DNA of 64,000 nucleotides from an uncultured Bacteroides sp. (GTDB lineage Bacteria > Bacteroidota > Bacteroidia > Bacteroidales > Bacteroidaceae), in the NCBI GenBank assembly GCA_900551445.1, contig URWA01000001.1, positions 69,141-133,140 of the forward strand, in the 5' to 3' direction. A model generated the notes under the pieces. It made no database searches. It was given only the letters and a program-made list of their open reading frames with translations, and had not been told where the DNA came from. Positions within the stretch are counted from its first letter, which is position 1. Each line of letters starts with the position of its first letter. The translations under genes and the position numbers were made by a program. Shown here one piece after another: positions 48,196-58,800 of the stretch.

Positions 48196-49578
48196 ATGTC
48201 TATTTTCTCACCTTACATAAACCTACTTATTCGCTCTTGGGGAGCATGGATTCTGCCCTTGTGCATGCTTTTCGCATGTACGCCCTCCCGACATGAGACA
48301 CCCTCTCCACAGACAGCAGAGACAAGTCCTTACACCGACAGTCTGTTGCAGTTCAAAATATACCTTGAACAAATCCGCATCAGCCGCTTCAAAGCAGATA
48401 CCCTGGAAGAGGCACGCACTTTGGAAGAGGCGGAAAGAATGGCCCGGTTCTTGAACGACTCTGCCTCGTATGCCGATTTGTGGCAGGAAAAGGCATTGTT
48501 CTATTTGCCGGAAAAACCGGAAACAGCGAAAACTTATTTCCAGAAGGCTCTTGCCTACATGACTTCCGGAACAACTGCTTCTACCGTGCAGAACGAACTC
48601 TATCTTTCGCGTATCTACCTGCAACAGGAACAGACGGACAGTGCCTTTCATTATATCAACGAGGCTATCCACAAAAATCTGTCGGAAGCACAGACTCCTG
48701 TCTTACATACGCAAAAAGGATACATCTTTGCCTCCCTTCTGAAAGCTGATTCGGCAACCCATTATATCTTGCCTTCTTTGCAGGGCCTGACCTTGAAACA
48801 ACGCACGGAGGCCTACCGCCGCCTGTTTGAAATGTATGGAAACCTACGAGATGGGAAACGGGAAAACGCCTACATGCGGAAGTACATCCTGTCGCACGAC
48901 TCACTGAGCACGGAGCGGAAGGAAATGGTCATCGGAAAAATACAGGACATGCAGGAATACAAGCTGCAACGTGAACGGGCCAACAAGGCAGAAATGGAAA
49001 CAGCTCACCACAAACTGATTTTCTACCGGATTGTGGTGGCACTGGGACTTGTGATTCTGGTTCTTTTACTATTGCTCCACCGTATCCGCACGCACAAACA
49101 GAAACTGACCGAGGAGCTCAAGGAAACCCAGTGGATGCGGATGGAAGAAAGCTTGAAACGGAAAGAAGCAGAAGTGGCACTGATTCACGAGCAGGAACGG
49201 CTGAAACAACAGGAAATCGACCGGCTGCACAAAAGTGTGGAATATTACCGGCAACTGAATGCCATTACTCTGCCCTCACTCCTGCGGAAAAGAAACTCGC
49301 AGGGAGCACTTCATCTGACGGAAGACGAATGGGATATCATCCAGCAAAACACGGATACTTGCTTTGACGGCTTCACTACCCGGTTGAAGGAACACCACCC
49401 CCAACTCACGGAAGAAGAACTCCGTTTCTGCTGTCTGGTGAAAATGGATCTTCCGCTGTCGCTGCTGTCCGAAATCTATCACATCGCCAAGGGAAGTATC
49501 TCACGCCGGAAAATGCGGTTGAAAGAGAAAATGCACATCGAAAACAGCAGTTTTGATGAGTTCATTGCGGGCTTTTAA
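48196..49578 (+). CDS. Membrane-anchored TPR sensor with a C-terminal LuxR-like HTH (one-component regulator)
   Basis: Lipobox-like LFAC, TPR helices, TM IVVALGLVILVLLLLL, coiled coil, RLKEHHPQLTEEELRFCCLVKM...SISRRKMRLKEKM. Confidence 0.8.
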   Translation: MSIFSPYINLLIRSWGAWILPLCMLFACTPSRHETPSPQTAETSPYTDSLLQFKIYLEQIRISRFKADTLEEARTLEEAERMARFLNDSASYADLWQEKALFYLPEKPETAKTYFQKALAYMTSGTTASTVQNELYLSRIYLQQEQTDSAFHYINEAIHKNLSEAQTPVLHTQKGYIFASLLKADSATHYILPSLQGLTLKQRTEAYRRLFEMYGNLRDGKRENAYMRKYILSHDSLSTERKEMVIGKIQDMQEYKLQRERANKAEMETAHHKLIFYRIVVALGLVILVLLLLLHRIRTHKQKLTEELKETQWMRMEESLKRKEAEVALIHEQERLKQQEIDRLHKSVEYYRQLNAITLPSLLRKRNSQGALHLTEDEWDIIQQNTDTCFDGFTTRLKEHHPQLTEEELRFCCLVKMDLPLSLLSEIYHIAKGSISRRKMRLKEKMHIENSSFDEFIAGF

Positions 49579-49719
49579 GGACGATGTACATCAGGTAAAT
49601 TATCAACACACTGTTTATCAAACACTTAATTACCGCCTGTGTACATCACTATTTGCTAAGAATTTCACACATTCCCTCTACCTTTGCCACCGTAAATCTA
49701 TAGCAAACGTGTATAACTA

Positions 49720-50439
49720 ATGAATGTAAAACAACTACTTTGTTGGATGATGTGTGGCTTATTTGTTTTCTTCACTGCGGGATGCAGTGAAGAAAACTCT
49801 GAAAATCTGCCAGACAACACCCCTATTTATCAAAAGTATTTGGTGGCTTTTTCCGACACACAGCCTACACTGGCCTATGCCCATTTCTCACGGGAAAAGG
49901 ATACACCCCTGAAAGATATCAGACTTACAGGAGGTTCATCTGTCATGGCCAACGGGAAGGAAATGGGATTCAACACTTTTGACGGAAATACCATTTTCGG
50001 CTATTCCTATTTCATCCCACTCGGAAAAGATAAAACAGTGTCATTCGTGTTCCAACGCACTCAGCAAAAGGAAACGCACATGCTGGTCAACTATGCTTAC
50101 AAGGAATGGATTCACCCTATACATATACCTTCCACACGTACCACGGTTTACAACCAGGAAGTGATAGGATGGACGGGAGAAAAAATAGCTGCCGACGAAG
50201 AACTGGAGGCTACGCTGGATAATCCTAACCATCCGGAAGAATATACCGTATATTATGGAACCCTGAACCAAAGCCGCGACGGAGTTTCCTTTGATAAGGT
50301 GCCCACAGGAAAATACATGCTCACCTTGAAAAGAAACGTGAAACTGGAAACCAAAGACAACGATACTCCTGCCAAAGGAGAAATCGTACTGGTCTTTTAT
50401 GACAAGAAAGAAGTAACCGTAGAAGAACAAACAGAATAA
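49720..50439 (+). CDS. Hypothetical surface lipoprotein
   Basis: FTAGC-SEENSE lipobox with acidic export signal; -7 element TACCTTTG at 49679-49686. Confidence 0.8.
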   Translation: MNVKQLLCWMMCGLFVFFTAGCSEENSENLPDNTPIYQKYLVAFSDTQPTLAYAHFSREKDTPLKDIRLTGGSSVMANGKEMGFNTFDGNTIFGYSYFIPLGKDKTVSFVFQRTQQKETHMLVNYAYKEWIHPIHIPSTRTTVYNQEVIGWTGEKIAADEELEATLDNPNHPEEYTVYYGTLNQSRDGVSFDKVPTGKYMLTLKRNVKLETKDNDTPAKGEIVLVFYDKKEVTVEEQTE

Positions 50440-50724
50440 TAAAGAAACAAACCCTGGCTATATCCCAAATTCCACAGGTGTATGGACTCCCCACTCCTAT
50501 GAAGAAAATCACAACTTCCCGTGCGGAGCCTTTTATCCTCTCAGCTGAAAACTTCCGTCTTACAGGAAAAAGAAAGCTTGATAATCTCTCTGGGATACAC
50601 CTTCTCTAACCTTGACCCTTTACTCTCTGGCGTCCGGGAAACGGCTTTCGATGGAAAACGACTTAATTCCGGAAAAAACGCCCATTTTTTCATTCACTCT
50701 CGATCGGGACAAGCTGGCGGTTTT

Positions 50725-50760
50725 AAGAACTGGGTCGGATTAACGTCCGGCCCAGTTTTT
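50725..50760. terminator. Hairpin overlapping the dapL 3' end (stop codon in the loop)
   Basis: AAGAACTGGGTCGGA-TTAACG-TCCGGCCCAGTTTTT. Confidence 0.6.
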
Positions 50761-51975
50761 TATTCTACTCATGGCTTCCTGGCAGTCTTCGCGTTTACCG
50801 AAAGCAGTCAGACGCAAAAAGCCTTCTCCGCTCGGTCCGAAGCCTACGCCTGGAGTACCTACCACATTCACTTCGTGAAGCAGCATATCGAAGAAGCTCC
50901 ATGAATCCAGACCTTCGGGGGCTTTCACCCAAATGTAAGGTGCATTGACACCGCCATAGAGTGTAAATCCAGCTCCCTGCAGACCTTCACGCATCAGACG
51001 GGCATTCTCCATATAGTATTCAATGGTTTCCTTGATTTCTGCCTGTCCTTCGGGAGTGTAGATGGCCTCGGCACCCCGCTGGGTAATGTAGCTGGTTCCG
51101 TTGAACTTCGTACACTGACGGCGGTTCCACAAATGGTTCAGGGCTACCTCTTCGCCAGAGGTGGTCATAGCTTTTACCTCTTCCGGTACCACGGTATAAC
51201 CGCAACGTACCCCCGTAAATCCGGCTGTCTTGGAGAAGCTGCGGAATTCTACGGCACACGAACGGGCTCCTTCAATCTCATAAATGGAATGTGGCACATC
51301 GGCTTCGTGGATGTAAGCTTCATACGCTGCATCATATAAGATCAATGCCTTGTGTTCCAATGCGTATTCTACCCACTTCTGCAATTCGGCCTTCGTCAAT
51401 GTGGTTCCCGTCGGATTGTTCGGATAGCACAAATAAATCATGTCTACCGGTTCTGTGGGAAGAGACGGAACAAAATGATTCTCTGCCGTACAAGGCAAAT
51501 AAGTCAAGTGGCTCCACTGGCCGTTTGCTTTCAGGTCACCGGCCCGTCCAGCCATGACATTGCTGTCGATATACACCGGATACACCGGGTCGGTCACAGC
51601 TACTTTGTTGCCTGTACCGAGGATATCGCCGAAGTTGCCAGTATCGCTTTTGGCACCGTCGCTTACAAAGATTTCCGTCGGACGCAATTCGATGCCTCTC
51701 GGCTGATAATCATGAGTCAGGATGGCTTGAATCAGGAAATCATATCCCTGTTCGGGACCGTATCCATGGAAGGTAGCCGCACTGGCCATTTCGTCTACGG
51801 CATGGTGCATGGCCTTGATGGAAGCTGGGGGAAGCGGACGGGTAACGTCGCCAATACCCAGGCGGATGAGTGCAGCCTCTGGATGGGCTGTCTTAAATGC
51901 ATTTACTTTTTGGGCTACGCTCGAAAACAGATAATTTCCGGGCAGTTTAATGAAGTTTTCGTTAACTTGTATCAT
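50740..51975 (-). CDS. dapL: LL-diaminopimelate aminotransferase
   Basis: [45 protein letters not shown]. Confidence 0.96.
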   Translation of the reverse strand: MIQVNENFIKLPGNYLFSSVAQKVNAFKTAHPEAALIRLGIGDVTRPLPPASIKAMHHAVDEMASAATFHGYGPEQGYDFLIQAILTHDYQPRGIELRPTEIFVSDGAKSDTGNFGDILGTGNKVAVTDPVYPVYIDSNVMAGRAGDLKANGQWSHLTYLPCTAENHFVPSLPTEPVDMIYLCYPNNPTGTTLTKAELQKWVEYALEHKALILYDAAYEAYIHEADVPHSIYEIEGARSCAVEFRSFSKTAGFTGVRCGYTVVPEEVKAMTTSGEEVALNHLWNRRQCTKFNGTSYITQRGAEAIYTPEGQAEIKETIEYYMENARLMREGLQGAGFTLYGGVNAPYIWVKAPEGLDSWSFFDMLLHEVNVVGTPGVGFGPSGEGFLRLTAFGKREDCQEAMSRIKNWAGR

Positions 51976-51988
51976 GTGATGTTTTGTC

Positions 51989-52795
51989 TTACTCTTTTAA
52001 TTCTATTGTTCCGTCGAATACTTTGACCGCAGGTCCGGTCATATACAAATGGGCTCCCTCACCTTTCCAGTCGACCGTCAGCTTGCCTCCATCCATACAG
52101 ATAGTGGCATGATCCCCACATCTGCCGGTGAAAGCCGCCGCTACTGCAGTGGCACAAGCTCCTGTGCCGCAAGCCTGCGTAATGCCGGAGCCTCTCTCCC
52201 ACACCCGCATGCGGATGGTTTCCTTGTCCAGCACCTGTGCAAACTCCACATTCACCCGGTCGGGGAACAGCGGATGATGCTCAAGCACCGGTCCCACTGC
52301 CGGCAAGTCCACCTCTTCCATCTTGTCCACAAAGATGACCAGATGCGGATTTCCCATGGATACGGCGATTCCTTTTGGGTAAGGATAAGATTCACCCAAG
52401 TCCACCGGGTGGATATCAGCTGGAATACCCATATCAACCCGCACGCTCTCCACTTTCCCCTCATTGACCTGCAGATGCAGTTCCTTGATACCGGAAAGCG
52501 TATCCAAAAGGATGTCCGTCTTTGTAGTCAGTCCGTATTCATATAAATATTTTCCGATACAGCGGCTGGCATTTCCGCACATCTTGGCTTCCGAACCGTC
52601 GGCATTGAAAATGCGCATGCTGAAATCGGCTTTGTCAGAAGCCCCGATCAGCACCAGTCCGTCACTACCTATTCCTGTGTGAGGACGGCTCCACTCGATT
52701 GAATTTTCTTCAGGGTGAGCCAACGGGTATTTCATCGTATTCACATAGATGTAATCATTACCCAGGCCGTGCATCTTTGTAAATTCTATCTTCAT
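51989..52795 (-). CDS. dapF: Diaminopimelate epimerase
   Basis: [42 protein letters not shown]. Confidence 0.97.
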   Translation of the reverse strand: MKIEFTKMHGLGNDYIYVNTMKYPLAHPEENSIEWSRPHTGIGSDGLVLIGASDKADFSMRIFNADGSEAKMCGNASRCIGKYLYEYGLTTKTDILLDTLSGIKELHLQVNEGKVESVRVDMGIPADIHPVDLGESYPYPKGIAVSMGNPHLVIFVDKMEEVDLPAVGPVLEHHPLFPDRVNVEFAQVLDKETIRMRVWERGSGITQACGTGACATAVAAAFTGRCGDHATICMDGGKLTVDWKGEGAHLYMTGPAVKVFDGTIELKE

Positions 52796-52808
52796 ATATA
52801 ATCGCTAC

Positions 52809-54479
52809 TTAGTTTTTGTATCCTTCTTCGTGTACATCAGCCACCGCACGTCCGCTCGGCTCATTGACATTTGCGAAAGCCTTGTCCCATGCCAATGCTT
52901 CTGCCGTTGAGCAAGCTACACTCGGCACACTGGGCACACTCTTGGCCGCACTGTCGCTCGGGAAATGTTCCTCGAAGATGGAACGGTAATAATATTCTTC
53001 CTTGTTACGCGGCGGATTGATGGGGAAACGTTCGGCAGCATGAGCCATCTGTTCGTCGGATACCTCTTTGGAAGTAAATTCCTTCAGCGTATCAATCCAG
53101 CTGTATCCCACTCCGTCACTGAACTGTTCCTTCTGACGCCATGCCACGCTCTCGGGCAGCATGTCGGAAAAGGCCTCGCGCACAATCTTTTTCTCGATGG
53201 TCTTTCCCGGACACATCTTGGCCTTCGGATTCAGGCGCATGGCAATATCCAGGAATTCCTTGTCCAAGAAAGGCACACGTCCTTCCACTCCCCAAGCAGC
53301 CAATGCCTTGTTGGCCCGCAAACAGTCATACAGGTAAAGTTTAGACAGTTTGCGCACGGTTTCTTCATGGAAAGCACGCGCATCGGGAGCCTTGTGGAAA
53401 TAAAGGTAACCACCGAAAATCTCATCGGCTCCTTCTCCACTGAGCACCATCTTGATACCCATACTCTTGATGACACGCGCCAAGAGATACATCGGAGTAG
53501 ATGCACGGACAGTTGTCACATCGTAGGTTTCAATGTAATAAATCACATCGCGAAGGGCATCGAGTCCTTCCTGAATGGTATAATGAATTTCGTGGTGTAC
53601 CGTTCCGATATAGTCGGCCACTTCACGCGCCTTGGCCAGGTCGGGTGCTCCTTCCAGTCCGATGGCGAATGAATGAAGCTGGGGCCACCAAGCGGCCATT
53701 TTCCCATCCGTTTCCACACGACGGGCCGCATAACGTTTGGCAATGGCAGAAATCACCGAACTGTCCAAACCTCCTGAAAGCAACACACCGTAGGGCACAT
53801 CACTCATCAGCTGTCCGCGAACCGCCTTTTCCAGTCCCTCACGCAGGGCACTTACCGAAGCCGGTGCATCGGCCACTGCGTTATAGCTGGTCCAGTCGCG
53901 CTTGTACCAACGTACCATCTTGCCTTCCTTGCTGGAATAATAATGTCCCGGCAGGAAAGGTTCATAACGTTCGCAGAATCCTTCCAGCGCTTTCAGTTCG
54001 CTGGCGCAATATACCTTTCCGTCGCTGTCATAGCCGATGTAAAGTGGAATCACGCCAATCGGGTCGCGGGCAATGAGAAACTCATCTTTTTCTGCATCAT
54101 AGAGCACGAAGGCAAAAATGCCGTTCAGCTCTTCCAGAAAATGAATACCGTAATCGCGATAAAGCGCCAGAATCACCTCACAGTCACTGCCGGTCTGGAA
54201 CTCGTACTTCCCGGCATATTTCTTACGGATGTCACGGTGGTTGTAGATTTCACCATTGACAGCCAATATCTGTTTCTTGTCGGGTGAATACAAGGGCTGT
54301 CCTCCACTCTCCGGGTCCACAATCGACAAACGTTCATGGGCCAGAATAGCTGAGCCCCCACAATAAATTCCACTCCAGTCGGGTCCACGATGACGAATCT
54401 TGCGAGCCATGGCCAAAGCCTTGGTTCGCAATTCAGGAGTCTGTTGTTTGATATTTAAAATAGCTGCAATGCCACACAT
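52809..54479 (-). CDS. asnB: Asparagine synthase B (glutamine-hydrolysing)
   Basis: MCGI, RHRGPD, NGEIYNH, SGGLDSS, SGEGADEIFGGY. Confidence 0.98.
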   Translation of the reverse strand: MCGIAAILNIKQQTPELRTKALAMARKIRHRGPDWSGIYCGGSAILAHERLSIVDPESGGQPLYSPDKKQILAVNGEIYNHRDIRKKYAGKYEFQTGSDCEVILALYRDYGIHFLEELNGIFAFVLYDAEKDEFLIARDPIGVIPLYIGYDSDGKVYCASELKALEGFCERYEPFLPGHYYSSKEGKMVRWYKRDWTSYNAVADAPASVSALREGLEKAVRGQLMSDVPYGVLLSGGLDSSVISAIAKRYAARRVETDGKMAAWWPQLHSFAIGLEGAPDLAKAREVADYIGTVHHEIHYTIQEGLDALRDVIYYIETYDVTTVRASTPMYLLARVIKSMGIKMVLSGEGADEIFGGYLYFHKAPDARAFHEETVRKLSKLYLYDCLRANKALAAWGVEGRVPFLDKEFLDIAMRLNPKAKMCPGKTIEKKIVREAFSDMLPESVAWRQKEQFSDGVGYSWIDTLKEFTSKEVSDEQMAHAAERFPINPPRNKEEYYYRSIFEEHFPSDSAAKSVPSVPSVACSTAEALAWDKAFANVNEPSGRAVADVHEEGYKN

Positions 54480-54512
54480 AGTCGTTCTATTTATATTTTG
54501 TATGAAAATCTG

Positions 54513-55856
54513 TTATTTACGGCTCAGATATGCATCTATATCTGCAGCCGCCTTTCGTCCGCCTGCAATGCATTTCACTACCAGACTGGCTCCGGTAGCG
54601 GCATCACCTGCGACGAACACATTGGCCGGGAATTCCGGCTGTTCCGGACGGAGGAAGCCCATAGCCAGCAAAACCAACTCAGCTTTCAGCACTTCCTTCT
54701 TGCCGGTAGGTTTCATCACCGGACGTTCTCCTTCTGCTCCCGGAATCCATTCTACTTCTTCCACTTCCACTCCGCAGACTTTGCCATCCTTCTCCAAGAA
54801 ACGGTTGGAAGTCAGGCTCCAGCGACGCACACAGCCTTCTTCATGGCTGCTGCTTGTCTTGAGCACGATGGGCCACTGCGGCCACGGAGTTTTGGGATTA
54901 TAGCCTACCGGCGGCTTGGGCATGATTTCAATCTGCGTCACGCTGAGCGCTCCCTGACGGTTACTGGTACCGATACAGTCGCTTCCCGTATCACCACCTC
55001 CGATAACCAGCACATTCTTTCCTTTGGCTGTAATACGTTCTTCCTTCGGAATCTGCTGTCCGGCCAGCACACGGTTCTGCTGTGCCAGCATTTCCATGGC
55101 AAAATGGATACCTTTCAAGTCACGGCCCGGGATATTCAAATCACGAGCCTGCGGTGTACCCGTACACACGCAATAAGCATCAAAACCTTCAGGCAGATGA
55201 GTGACATCGATATCCGTATTCACTTTGAACGTAATACCTTCGGCTTCCATCACCGCAATACGACGGTCGATGACCGACTTGCTGAGTTTGAAGTTCGGAA
55301 TACCGAAACGCAACAGTCCACCCACATATTCCAGTTTTTCGAACACCGTAACGGCGTATCCTTTCTGATTCAACTGGTTGGCTGCAGCCAGTCCGGCAGG
55401 TCCGGAGCCGATGACAGCTACCGATTTTCCGTTCCGTTTGTACTGGCGAGGCTGCACATAACCTTCACGGAAGGCCGCTTCAATCACTGCGGCCTCATCC
55501 TCACGGATAGTGACCGGCGCATCCATACTCAGTTTCAATACACAACTTTTTTCGCACAATGCCGGACAGATTCGCCCGGTAAATTCCGGAAAGTCGTTGG
55601 TTCCGGAAAGTATCTCATAAGCTTCTTTCCATTTTCCCTTGTACATGGCATCCTGAAACTCAGGAGGACGGTTGCCCAACGGACAAGCCCAGTGGCAGAA
55701 AGGCACTCCGCAATCCATACACCGCGATGCCTGCAACTTTCGCTCACTTGTGTTCAACGTCTGTTCCACCTCACTGAAGTCTCTGATACGATCGTGTATC
55801 GGACGATATCCGGCTTCTTGTCTGGGAACGGTCAGAAATGCTTTTGGATTTCCCAT
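54513..55856 (-). CDS. gltD: Glutamate synthase small subunit
   Basis: RCMDCGVPFC, GRICPALCE, GSGPAG, GGGDTGSDC. Confidence 0.97.
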   Translation of the reverse strand: MGNPKAFLTVPRQEAGYRPIHDRIRDFSEVEQTLNTSERKLQASRCMDCGVPFCHWACPLGNRPPEFQDAMYKGKWKEAYEILSGTNDFPEFTGRICPALCEKSCVLKLSMDAPVTIREDEAAVIEAAFREGYVQPRQYKRNGKSVAVIGSGPAGLAAANQLNQKGYAVTVFEKLEYVGGLLRFGIPNFKLSKSVIDRRIAVMEAEGITFKVNTDIDVTHLPEGFDAYCVCTGTPQARDLNIPGRDLKGIHFAMEMLAQQNRVLAGQQIPKEERITAKGKNVLVIGGGDTGSDCIGTSNRQGALSVTQIEIMPKPPVGYNPKTPWPQWPIVLKTSSSHEEGCVRRWSLTSNRFLEKDGKVCGVEVEEVEWIPGAEGERPVMKPTGKKEVLKAELVLLAMGFLRPEQPEFPANVFVAGDAATGASLVVKCIAGGRKAAADIDAYLSRK

Positions 55857-55886
55857 ATATCTAGTTTTTTACTGTTCAACAATTAA

Positions 55887-58800
55887 TCAATAATCACGCT
55901 GTACTTCTGCAATTTTCTGCTGCAATTTGCGCATCTGTTCCTCTGCCAGAACTTTCTTGTATTCAATCGGAGTCACCTGGATGAATTCTTCCACATAATG
56001 CCCCCAGTTGTCCAGCATCGTACGAGCCAGCTGAGAACCTGTGTACAAATAATGCTGACGAACCAGTTCATGCAGTTCCTTACGAGCTGTGGCATCTTCC
56101 AGCAAGGACAGTTCCACCATCTCCATGTTGCAGAAATAGTCGAAGTTGCGGTCTTTGTCCCATACGTAAGCCACACCGCCACTCATACCTGCAGCGAAGT
56201 TACGTCCGGTCTTACCCAAGACAACCACACGTCCGCCGGTCATGTATTCACAGCAGTGGTCGCCCACTCCTTCTACCACAGCAATGGCACCAGAATTACG
56301 TACGGCAAAACGTTCGCCCACGCATCCGTTGATGTACACCTCACCGCTGGTGGCACCATACAACAGCGTATTACCTGCAATCACATTGTTTTCGGCCAGG
56401 AAATTGCTTCTTACAGGAGGCTGTACGGAAATATGTCCACCGCTCAAGCCCTTGCCCAAATAGTCGTTGGCTTCACCTTCCAGCTTGAAGCTGACTCCAT
56501 GAGGCAGGAAAGCACCGAAACTTTGTCCGGCCGAACCTTTGAACTTCACTTGAATGGTCTGTGCCGGCAAGCCAGCCTGTCCATACTTGGCAGCTACTGC
56601 TCCAGAAAGCATGGCTCCCACCGAACGGTCTGTATTGGCAATGGCATATTCCAACGATACTTCCTTGCGGTTCTCCAACGCTTCACGTGCAGCTGCCAGC
56701 ATGCTGACATCTTTCACGTTTTCTATCTCATGACGCTGTTCGGTCACATTATGCAGAGCAGCCCCGTTGTCTACCTTATGCAACAGTTTGCTGAAATCCA
56801 GCAACGAAGCTTTTTCGTTGGTAGTCGGACGTATCTCAATCAAGTCTGTACGACCTACAATGTCTTCCAGGCGAGAGAATCCCATTTCTGCCAGGTATTC
56901 GCGTACTTCCTGTGCCAGGAAACGGAAGAAATTGACTACATAACGATAGTGACCACGGAAGTGTGCCCGCAACTGCGGATCCTGTGTAGCCACTCCCACC
57001 GGACAAGTATTGGCATGACACTTACGCATCATCACACAACCCAATACAATCAGTACAGAGGTTCCGAATCCGAATTCTTCTGCACCCAGCAAAGCCATGC
57101 TGATGATGTCGCGTCCGGTCTTCAACTGTCCGTCGGTCTGCAAACGTACCTGACCACGGAGTCCGTTGAGCACCAGTGTCTGCTGTGTCTCGCTCAACCC
57201 GATTTCCGGAGAGATACCTGCGTAACGCATAGAAGAGGCAGGAGAAGCTCCTGTACCGCCTTCCGCTCCGGAAATGACAATCAAATCGGCCTTGGCCTTT
57301 GCCACACCGGCTGCAATCGTACCGATACCACTCTCAGCTACCAGTTTCACGCTGATTTTAGCCTTCGGATTGACGTTCTTCAAATCGAAAATCAGCTGTG
57401 CCAAATCTTCGATAGAATAGATATCGTGATGAGGGGGAGGTGAGATCAGTGAGATGCCCGGAATAGAATGACGCGTCTTGGCAATCACCTCGTTAACCTT
57501 GAAGCCCGGCAGCTGTCCGCCTTCACCCGGCTTGGCACCCTGAGCTACCTTAATCTGAATTTCCTGGGCATTTACCAAGTATTCAGTCGTGACACCGAAA
57601 CGTCCGGAAGCCACCTGTTTGGTCTTACTGCACAAGGAGATGCCGTCGTAGGTTTCATGGAAACGGTCGGAGTCCTCTCCTCCTTCACCCGTATTGCTAC
57701 GTGTGTTGAGCTTGTTCATGGCCAAGGCCATGGCTTCGTGTGCTTCCTTGCTGATGGAACCAAATGACATGGCTCCTGTCACAAAGTGTTTCACGATTTC
57801 TTCCACTGGTTCCACATCGTCCAATGGAATCGGGTTGCGACGGAAAGTGAAGAAGTCACGCAGGAAAATCGGACTTTCCTTCTCGTCTACCCGACGCGTA
57901 TATTCTTTAAACTTGGCATAGCTGCCCAAACGAGTAGCCAACTGCAAGGCACTGATGGTTTCCGGATTCCACGCATGTTTCTCACCGTCCTTCCGGTAAG
58001 AGAACTGTCCGATGTAAGGCAGCAAATCGCTCACCTCTTCTTCATCGAAACCTGCATCATGGAATGCCTTGTAATCTTTGGCGATACTTTCCAGTCCCAC
58101 ACCTCCGATTGAAGAAGAAGGAGTACCGAAATAAGTGGAAAGTATTTCACTGCCCAGCCCCACAGCCTCGAAAATCTTGGCTCCACGGTAAGAACGTATC
58201 GTACTGATACCCATCTTACTCATCACTTTGTAAAGTCCCTTGCAGACAGCCTTGATATAATTTTTCTCTGCCGTTTCATAGTTCAACTGCACATCGCCTT
58301 TCTTGACCATATCGTCCAAAATGGCAAATACCATATAAGGATTGATGGCACTGGCTCCGTATCCCAGCAACAAAGCCGCATGCATTACCTCACGAATTTC
58401 ACCACTTTCTACAATCAACGCGGTCTGTACGCGCTTCTGCACAGAAATCAAATGATGATGTACGGCACTAACCGCCAACAGGGAAGGAATGGCCGCATGC
58501 TCCTTGTCAATCTCACGGTCGGAAAGGATGACATAGTTCACACCTTCATCCACTGCAGCTTCCGCCTTCTTGCACAATTCATTCAATGCTTCACGCAATC
58601 CTTCGGCGCCCTTTGCTGCCTCGAACAGTATCGGGAGCTTCACGGTCTTGAATCCCTTATAACGGATGTTACACAAAATATCGAGTTGTGTATTGTTCAA
58701 GATAGGATGCGGCAGACGCACCATCTTACAGTGTGACTCGCTCGGCAACAAAATATTCGTACCTACGGCACCGATGTATTCCGTCAACGACATCACCAGT

